Shown one piece after another: positions 57,105 to 64,000 of a stretch of 64,000 nucleotides of DNA (the first letter of the stretch is position 1; every line of letters begins with the position of its first letter). The translations under genes and the position numbers were made by a program. Below the pieces are notes generated by a model. It saw only the letters and a program-made list of their open reading frames with translations. It was not told where the DNA came from and searched no databases. Source of the stretch: Candidatus Heimdallarchaeota archaeon (GTDB taxonomy: Archaea; Asgardarchaeota; Heimdallarchaeia; Hodarchaeales; Hodarchaeaceae); assembly GCA_020353515.1 (NCBI GenBank), contig CP070695.1:569622-633621 (forward strand). The letters run 5' to 3'.

Positions 57105-58471
57105 GTTGAGTAAAAGCTTGCCAAAATCTGTTTCAATTCCTTCTCTGATCGTTTGAGTCCCGTTATATCCATACCAGAACTGAGGGCCCCTATAATCTTT
57201 TCATTCTCATCCTCTATAATCATATTCCGCCATGAGATGACTCTTTCTTCCCCATTTTTTGTTAATATGATGTTCTCACCAATATCAATTTCATCAATTT
57301 CCCCTCCCATTAAGGATTCAAATAATTCTTTCTCGTAGGTTCTCATGTCCTCTGGTATGACCGTATCAAACCAGTTCTTTCCGATAATCTCCTCCTCTTC
57401 ATATTTTATTGTGTCACAACCTTTTCTATTGATGAGTGTAACCCTTCCCAAGGCATCTAACGCAATAATAGTAACTCCGACAATATCCAGATACATTTGA
57501 GCTAGCTTCTCCCCTTTTTGAATTTCCTCCTCCATTTTTGTGAATAAGTTTTTAAATCGTGCTTCACTCGCTGCCAACAAGGCATTGAATCGGGTTTCAC
57601 TTACAGAAGCATCTTCTGTTTTTGAAATATCTAGAAAAGCGATAACATGCCCAAGGATCTCATTCTGATTATCTCCTATAGCTTCAATTACCAATTCAAC
57701 AGGAAATTCTGTCCCATCTCTTCTCTGGAACATTTTCTTGACTTTATGACCTGACACTTCTCCTTGAAGGAGAAGACTTTCAATCTTCCTTCCCATCAAT
57801 TCATCTACTTTGTAACCTAACATTTTTGCAGCAGCAGGATTAACATGAGTAACCTTTTCATTGTTATTTAGACTATAAATTCCTATTCCAGTGTAATTGA
57901 GAATATTTTCTAAACGTCGAGAGCGGATTTTTCCTATCGTTGCTTGTTTTTCAAAAACATTTTTCTCCTCCATCTGTTTAGTGATGTCGCAGAATAATGT
58001 AACGAATTGTCCTTTAGATGGACTAAAAACACAAATTGAAAACCATTTTTTCAACGCTGCAGAATATTGTTCTAATGTTGTTGATCGTCTATTTAAAGCA
58101 ACATCTCCAAAAATCTGAATCCAATCTTGAAGATCATTCTCTATACCAGGAAATACTTCTGATATTCGGTTTCCTACTATTATATCTCTATTAATACCCA
58201 TTATCTTTTCAAATGTTTCATTAACCTCTAGAAAGATAAAATCAGATGGCTTTTCATCCTGTATTATGATTTTGTAATGTGCATATCCTATTTCCATATT
58301 GTCTATGATGTCATGATATGTTAATTCCCTCTTTTTCAGGTTTTCAATATCCTTATTTTTCTGACTTAGAAGATTTTCAAGTTCATGAATACGGTTATTT
58401 AATCCACTTATTTGGTCTGTTATTTTGTCTTGAGTAATGTTATTTGTTTTGTTAGTCATTTGTTCTTCCAA
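57101..58471 (-). CDS. Coiled coil plus three PAS domains, no output domain
   Basis: EVNETFEKIMG, VNPAAAKMLGY..RRDGTEFPVEL and INRKG..TKNGEERVISW..DIT motifs. Confidence 0.88.
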   Translation of the reverse strand: MEEQMTNKTNNITQDKITDQISGLNNRIHELENLLSQKNKDIENLKKRELTYHDIIDNMEIGYAHYKIIIQDEKPSDFIFLEVNETFEKIMGINRDIIVGNRISEVFPGIENDLQDWIQIFGDVALNRRSTTLEQYSAALKKWFSICVFSPSKGQFVTLFCDITKQMEEKNVFEKQATIGKIRSRRLENILNYTGIGIYSLNNNEKVTHVNPAAAKMLGYKVDELMGRKIESLLLQGEVSGHKVKKMFQRRDGTEFPVELVIEAIGDNQNEILGHVIAFLDISKTEDASVSETRFNALLAASEARFKNLFTKMEEEIQKGEKLAQMYLDIVGVTIIALDALGRVTLINRKGCDTIKYEEEEIIGKNWFDTVIPEDMRTYEKELFESLMGGEIDEIDIGENIILTKNGEERVISWRNMIIEDENEKIIGALSSGMDITGLKRSEKELKQILASFYST

Positions 58472-58813
58472 AGTTACTCATCTTCTTTTTAAGCTTGTTT
58501 GACATCTGAAAGGATAAAGAAACAGGAATTCATCAAAACAACATTTGTAGTAGTAACTAGAAGAATAGTGAATCTGCTTCTTATTAAGGGTGATCTTTTG
58601 ACTTTGTGATTTTTTCCCTTTTTTACAAACTAGAATTTGTACTACTTTGTTGTTCCTAAATCTAGATAAAATGTAAGAGGGGGATAAAATAAAAATCAAA
58701 TGGTAAATTTTTAGCAAGATATGTTAAAGATATTTCTCTATTTTTCTTTCTTAGTTATTTTTTGTCAATAATTGATTTCGTAGCTGTTTTCAGTATTTTT
58801 TACAGTATTATAT

Positions 58814-60235
58814 TCAGAAGAAATTATCTTCCCTTCTTTTCCTTTTATGCTTACGAAATTTTATGAAAGTGACCTGTAAAACAATAGTAAAGCTAAAAAT
58901 AAAAAAAGAAAATCCTGAAGTCTTTTCAGGGAGAGAAGAACTACTAACACGAAGCCCCTCTTTGTACAAGAAATCAAAAATTCCCCATTCGTTAGCAAAT
59001 TCAGGCACATAGAGGAATCCCTGATTGATAAGAAGGATCACCCCAAGCTCTACATCCTGATTAAAGAACATTTGAGAGTTAAATCCATATGTTCTCCCAC
59101 CATGCCCTTGTAAAGGTTGTAAAAAAGTTTCGCCATCAATTTCTACATTATTGAGCAAATTATTCATCCACCCATATCCATAACTGTCATATGTTCTCCC
59201 CCCGTAGAACGCTTGACTCGTATTGTGCATAAGATGTATACTCTCTTCGGATAAAATTCTGTTGTCTTTATACATACCCTTATTCATGTGGGCTATTAAA
59301 TAATGGCCTAAATCAGTTGCTGTTGAGCGTAAAGCACCTGCTCCAAATTCATCTAAGTTAAAGTGAGGATAATTAAAATCATCATTTTCATCGGTTGGCA
59401 AATCAAATATGTTTCTGTCATCGGGAATCCATTCATTCGGAGAAGCTAATTCATCAGCAGAATAAGACTGATAAGTATAATGAGTTTTCGTCATATTCAA
59501 CGGATTAAATATATTAGATTGTAAATACTCTTCAATCGTTTGATCAGATATCAGCTCAACTAAATAAGCTAAGAGATCATATCCTAAGTTTGAATAAGTT
59601 AAGTATCTGTCTTGTACCCCAGGAGCCCTTGTTGACCATACTTCAGAAGTGTTCTCTGATAATAGTACATCATCAAGCCAAGCTGGAAAAGTGGGTAAGG
59701 TTTCATTACTTAAACCAAGTTTTTGATCCATATCATTGAAAACATAGGATTGATAGTGTACTCCCCCTCTTTGTAGACTTGATTGATGTAAAAGCAATTG
59801 GCTAAAAGTAATTGGTTTATCGGGGTAGTTGGGGTTTCTTAACGAAAAGGGAAGGAAATCATTGACATCATCATCTAGGTCAAACAAACCTTGTTCATAC
59901 ATTTGAAGTAACGCCGTTGCTATGAATGTTTTGGTAATACTAGCAATTATAAACGCAGTATTCACGTTAGAGTTTTCACCATACCCTTTTGACCATATTA
60001 TACTATCCTTATAAACCACACATGCTGCTAAGGTTGTAATATGCCCTTCTAGCATAAATTGAGTTATAGTATCATCTATGCTAGAATTAAAAGCTTGGTT
60101 ATCATCCACCTGAAGGGAATTTGCTGATGGATTATAGTTTGGGTCATAAGAATTTAAAACGGAGGCCATTCCATTACTAAACGGAATAAATGCGAAAATT
60201 AGAATTAGTGAAGTAATTATTACCATTTTTTTCAT
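58814..60235 (-). CDS. Secreted, C-terminally anchored serine hydrolase (beta-lactamase class C family)
   Basis: Signal peptide; IASITK (SxxK), YSN and HGG motifs; C-terminal TM with basic tail. Confidence 0.93.
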   Translation of the reverse strand: MKKMVIITSLILIFAFIPFSNGMASVLNSYDPNYNPSANSLQVDDNQAFNSSIDDTITQFMLEGHITTLAACVVYKDSIIWSKGYGENSNVNTAFIIASITKTFIATALLQMYEQGLFDLDDDVNDFLPFSLRNPNYPDKPITFSQLLLHQSSLQRGGVHYQSYVFNDMDQKLGLSNETLPTFPAWLDDVLLSENTSEVWSTRAPGVQDRYLTYSNLGYDLLAYLVELISDQTIEEYLQSNIFNPLNMTKTHYTYQSYSADELASPNEWIPDDRNIFDLPTDENDDFNYPHFNLDEFGAGALRSTATDLGHYLIAHMNKGMYKDNRILSEESIHLMHNTSQAFYGGRTYDSYGYGWMNNLLNNVEIDGETFLQPLQGHGGRTYGFNSQMFFNQDVELGVILLINQGFLYVPEFANEWGIFDFLYKEGLRVSSSSLPEKTSGFSFFIFSFTIVLQVTFIKFRKHKRKRREDNFF

Positions 60236-60358
60236 TTTTTGAATTCATCCTAACCGATTTATCGAAAGATTGAAGCAGGCAAGAGCTTTATAAAACCTAC
60301 TTTTTTGGAATTACACCTAAAATACGTAAATACATAGAGTATTACAGTAAGTTCCAAG

Positions 60359-60538
60359 TTATGCCGCCATTACGGCCATCAACATCATGATGCTGCCACC
60401 TGTATTATTTAGAATGTGAACTAGCATGCTGAAGCGAATGTCTTTTTTCTTCCAAACCAAATATCCCAAAGGCAATAGTGCAATGATTCGTATGGGGTTT
60501 TCCCATGGCGAGAAGAAGTGATATAGAGAAAAAAGAAT
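60359..60538 (-). pseudogene. CPBP metalloprotease C-terminal remnant
   Basis: Manual translation: ILFSLYHFFSPWENPIRIIALLPLGYLVWKKKDIRFSMLVHILNN..*; no in-frame start. Confidence 0.75.
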
Positions 60539-60636
60539 CCTTTTTCCATATAGAACTATAATCGATCCTCACATACATACTAAACTCTAATCATTAATAC
60601 GATTCGTCAGACCAACTCGTTAATTATAAAAAAGAA

Positions 60637-60876
60637 TTATTCCCCCTCTGGTCTTAAATTATCCCAGAATTTCTTCGGTGGATGACGCAAATCATAGTCG
60701 ACTCGTGTGTCGTGTAGAACTCGTGAACAATAAGGATCTCCTTGTGCATTGGTATGCTCCATTGTTAAAATTAAACTCTCATCACGCATTTTTGCGCCTT
60801 CGTAATCTCCATAACAACAGACAAGGTACTTAAGTTCAGAATCTCTCGCCTGTTTTTCGTAGTTATTAATACACAC
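60637..60876 (-). pseudogene. ATC-hydrolase-like (L-2-amino-thiazoline-4-carboxylate hydrolase family) C-terminal fragment
   Basis: CCYGDY..LTMEHT.AQGDPYC motif; much shorter than expected for the family. Confidence 0.6.
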
Positions 60877-60906
60877 TTCTATCTAGTGAATTACAAAAAT
60901 TATACA

Positions 60907-61806
60907 CTAATACAATATTTTTTCATAAATACCAAATTCAGCAGCGAGTTTTAAGCCAAGAAATTTGACAGCTTCTTCATATCTCAACAAATCGTTTAAA
61001 AGATCGATTAAGAAGGATTTGCAATTCTTCTGAATACAATTATGTATTGTTTTAACAATAAGTTGTTTCAAATAATCTTCATTCATCGCATCAATATAAA
61101 AGGTAGCTGCAATATCGTTATTAAAAGAGTTTGGAAGAGCAAAACAATAACCTGCAATTTTATTATCCTTTCGAATAACTAAGTGACTTATCAAATCCTC
61201 TCGTGAATCAACTTCCACTATCCAATTCTTAGCGTTCTTTTTTGACATTTTAAAGAAATTAGATACATCTACAGAACATTCTGATAAATCCCTCTTTAGA
61301 TCGAATTGTTGAACGTCTTTTTTAGGATAATCAGGTAATCCATTGCTGAGATCATAATTATAATATTTCTTGTATCCTAATTGAAAATCCTTAAGTGGTT
61401 TAAACCCCCACTTTTCAGATATTCGAATACTATTCTCCCACATAGTTGAGACTCTTACTTGAATAGATTTCACACCCTTAAATTTATAGAACTCAATTAT
61501 ATTCTCCATAAAGAGATCCACTACTCCATCATGTCCGCGTAAGACACTAGGGAATTGAATATAAGCAGCTGGTCTCTCATGAATCATTATAGCTGGGCCT
61601 TCATTTGTAAGCTTAGATTTAAGATATCCTACCATTTTATTTCCCTCGAAACATGATAAAACACTTTCAGGATCAAAGTTTGGATCAGAAAAGTAACTTT
61701 TAAGCCCAAGATTGAACCAGGGTTGACTTTTTCCTAATTCTATCTCAATTTTATCATGTTCTTCCTCAAAACCAGGTTCATATGTTTTAATTACATAATT
61801 TGACAT
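60907..61806 (-). CDS. Tandem-GNAT-fold hypothetical protein
   Basis: Two GNAT-like halves (CFEGNKMVGY..KWGF and RKDNKIAGY..FLGL). Confidence 0.65.
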   Translation of the reverse strand: MSNYVIKTYEPGFEEEHDKIEIELGKSQPWFNLGLKSYFSDPNFDPESVLSCFEGNKMVGYLKSKLTNEGPAIMIHERPAAYIQFPSVLRGHDGVVDLFMENIIEFYKFKGVKSIQVRVSTMWENSIRISEKWGFKPLKDFQLGYKKYYNYDLSNGLPDYPKKDVQQFDLKRDLSECSVDVSNFFKMSKKNAKNWIVEVDSREDLISHLVIRKDNKIAGYCFALPNSFNNDIAATFYIDAMNEDYLKQLIVKTIHNCIQKNCKSFLIDLLNDLLRYEEAVKFLGLKLAAEFGIYEKILY

Positions 61807-61832
61807 TTCAAAGTCTCCCTATATGCTGATAA

Positions 61833-62153
61833 TCAAAAATTAAATCCTCTAATTCTTTCAAGTTTGAAACAAACAGGCCTTTTCCCATCAGTACAACTAG
61901 TATACATCACTCCAGATTCTGTCCAACTGTGTTCTCCCCCAAAAAGAAGTACTAGTAGATCCTTATACAGATCATGCCATGCCCACCTACAAAAACCTTC
62001 AGGACATTGTAGTCCTTCTACAATGTATTCTTGTCCTTGTTCAAACTCCGAGCATATCCTTGAGACTTGACCTGAAGGTGGGTCTATTATTTCATGTCCA
62101 AAAACATCCATAGGACTGAATTTTTTTATAACAGTTATTTTAATTTTACTCAT
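61833..62153 (-). CDS. TIGR04076-family protein
   Basis: KITVIK..C..F..GQE..PEGFC.WAW.D..CTDGKRPVCFKLE. Confidence 0.85.
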   Translation of the reverse strand: MSKIKITVIKKFSPMDVFGHEIIDPPSGQVSRICSEFEQGQEYIVEGLQCPEGFCRWAWHDLYKDLLVLLFGGEHSWTESGVMYTSCTDGKRPVCFKLERIRGFNF

Positions 62154-62172
62154 TTAAATCACGTTTATTAAA

Positions 62173-62484
62173 TCAATCTACTTCTATTTTTTCTAATTTA
62201 AAACATACAGGTCTCATACCATCGGTACAACATACATACACCCTATTGGGTTCTTTCCAATTTTCAGCTCCCCCGAACACTAATATAGAGATATCTGTGT
62301 ATATATCATTCCATGCCCATCCACAAAAATCCTCAGGTTTTTCTAAATCGTTCACAAAAAACTCTTGATTGTCTTCAAATGATTGACAAACTGTTACATC
62401 TTTTCCAGAAGGAGATTTCATTTCATGACCGAAAACATCTACTGGAGAAAAACGTTTAATCACGGAAATCTTGATTCTAGTCAT
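62173..62484 (-). CDS. TIGR04076-family protein (tandem paralog)
   Basis: KISVIK..C..F..PEDFCGWAWND..CCTDGMRPVCFKLE; start placed at MTRIK. Confidence 0.85.
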   Translation of the reverse strand: MTRIKISVIKRFSPVDVFGHEMKSPSGKDVTVCQSFEDNQEFFVNDLEKPEDFCGWAWNDIYTDISILVFGGAENWKEPNRVYVCCTDGMRPVCFKLEKIEVD

Positions 62485-62661
62485 ATTCATCATCCTTTTT
62501 AATTTTTTATTTTTTTGAAAAATATGGTTCATTATTTTAAATATGTTTATATTCTGGTAAAAATAAAATGCAACTTCAACATAATTTGGCTAACAAAATA
62601 TATCAATGAAATTTGGATATTTAAATGGAAATTTCCCCCGTTACAAATTAATGGTGACTAT

Positions 62662-64000
62662 ATGACTATCAAAAAAGACTATTTGGATAAAGTTCATACT
62701 GATGTACCTTTAACGAAATTTATCAACGAAAAACTTTGGAAAGATATTTTCTACAACGAAATATACAGTTCTATAATGAAAACACTTAATGAAAAACCAA
62801 TAACCTTTAATGAGATTTATAAGGAGAGTATAAAGCTAATTCATAAAAAACGATCTGAAGCAAGCATTTATCGAGATTTGAGAGCTTTAATTAACCAAAA
62901 TTTAATTTTAGAAGTCGGTCATCGTGTTCATCCAGACAAAATCTTTAGTAAAAGATTATATTATCGTTCAGCGGAAATTATATTATTTAAAAACGCAGAT
63001 GAAATTATCTGGAATTCAGATAGCGGTGATGGTCTAGCATTGGTTATTGGAATGATAATTAGTCGCCATTATAATAATGAAAAGCCAATTGCTTCAATAT
63101 TTCGAAATTACATGCTTTCTCTTGAAAAAAATTTTTCTCATTTACGAGAATCAACAGTAAGAAAATTTCTTGAGCATAGTGAGGAAGAAAATCAACTCTC
63201 CTTAAAGAAAAAACTAAAATGCATTACAAATTTTGATGCAAAAGATCTATACTTCTTTTTCAACCATCTAGGTTTAATTTTAGGAATGTTGCTAGGTGAA
63301 AAGGCTCTAATTCTTAAACAAGGTCTACAAACCTCTTTTAATCAGAAAAAAGATAAAAAGACAATTCAAGGTTTTTTAACCACTACAGAAAAAAGGCAAG
63401 ATTACATTCTGTACAATCCAGTCTTAATAAAACCGATAGATGCCAAAATCTATGATAACAGGATTAGAAATAATTTTAATTTAATTGTAATTCTAAGAAT
63501 GCTTTCATCAGGATCAATGACACTTAACGAAATACACTCAAACCATCACAGGATGATTTTAGAAAGAATTAGTTACAAGAATAAAACAACAAGCATACCT
63601 AAACCAAAGAGTAAGAATACAATTTATAAGTACATACAAGAGTTAATAGAATCAGGATTTATAATTGAAGCTGGAAGACGACCTATTCCAAATCAAAGTG
63701 CAACTCAAAAATTATATTCTAGATCTGCTGAATTATTTTATAGAATAGAATATAGAGCAGAATACTGGAATTCAGATAACGCAAAGAATGTCAGCTTGGT
63801 TATTGGTCAAATCTTATGCTTTGTTTTAAAAAAGAATGAATTCAATCATGAATTGTTACATCGTTGTATAATTCAATTTGTAACAGAACAAACGAAGTCA
63901 CTAGAAAAGGCCTTAAAAACCGTTAAAACAACTGTAACAGTTGATTACATACGTAAACATGTTTTAGTAGGCGGACAGGAAAGTGGAACCTTTCTTTATA
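62662..64000 (+). CDS. Tandem winged-helix regulator (partial, runs off window; absent from the ORF track)
   Basis: Open frame from ATG 62662. Repeat 1: SIYRDLRAL..EVG.R..LYYRSAE..WNSD..LVIG. Repeat 2: TIYKYIQEL..EAG.R..LYSRSAE..WNSD..LVIG. Confidence 0.85.
   Translation, partial: MTIKKDYLDKVHTDVPLTKFINEKLWKDIFYNEIYSSIMKTLNEKPITFNEIYKESIKLIHKKRSEASIYRDLRALINQNLILEVGHRVHPDKIFSKRLYYRSAEIILFKNADEIIWNSDSGDGLALVIGMIISRHYNNEKPIASIFRNYMLSLEKNFSHLRESTVRKFLEHSEEENQLSLKKKLKCITNFDAKDLYFFFNHLGLILGMLLGEKALILKQGLQTSFNQKKDKKTIQGFLTTTEKRQDYILYNPVLIKPIDAKIYDNRIRNNFNLIVILRMLSSGSMTLNEIHSNHHRMILERISYKNKTTSIPKPKSKNTIYKYIQELIESGFIIEAGRRPIPNQSATQKLYSRSAELFYRIEYRAEYWNSDNAKNVSLVIGQILCFVLKKNEFNHELLHRCIIQFVTEQTKSLEKALKTVKTTVTVDYIRKHVLVGGQESGTFLY

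Noticed and set aside
58478-58717. 79-aa ORF upstream of the PAS gene
   Set aside because: Low-complexity AT-rich intergenic translation with no SD or motif.
1-64000. rRNA, tRNA, transposase, integrase or prophage genes
   Set aside because: None recognised by eye; a tRNAscan-SE/Infernal run would be needed to exclude short or intron-containing RNAs.

Overview
AT-rich (roughly one-third GC by eye) prokaryotic chromosomal segment with archaeal features: GAGGTG/AGGTGA Shine-Dalgarno motifs, archaeal-type endonuclease IV, a RIO kinase and a fused ADP-forming acyl-CoA synthetase. It also encodes several PCI-like winged-helix proteins and '(Y)xR(T/S)AxxF' wHTH regulators. Together these suggest an Asgard archaeon, probably Heimdallarchaeia/Hodarchaeales; this is inference only. 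No rRNA, tRNA, CRISPR array or transposase was seen. Main content: a Mo-hydroxylase operon (L, S, XdhC), acyl-CoA metabolism (4-hydroxybutyryl-CoA dehydratase, crotonase, acyl-CoA dehydrogenase, CoA-transferase-GNAT/ACD/DRTGG operon, sirtuin), four ABC systems, a PadR-HAAS module, many GNATs, and at least six 5'-truncated gene remnants. Best candidates for new biology: (1) a secreted linalool dehydratase/isomerase homolog heading an apparent operon with an ECF S-component and a LolCDE-type ABC system; (2) a tandem [PCI-wHTH + RING-like Zn finger]x2 protein; (3) a degenerate CofD/YvcK domain fused to a PCI-like domain; (4) a C2-like protein next to a hairpin membrane protein, and a TRAP-beta-like domain; (5) two multi-hairpin non-coding elements. 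All family calls are from motif recognition by eye, with no database searches.
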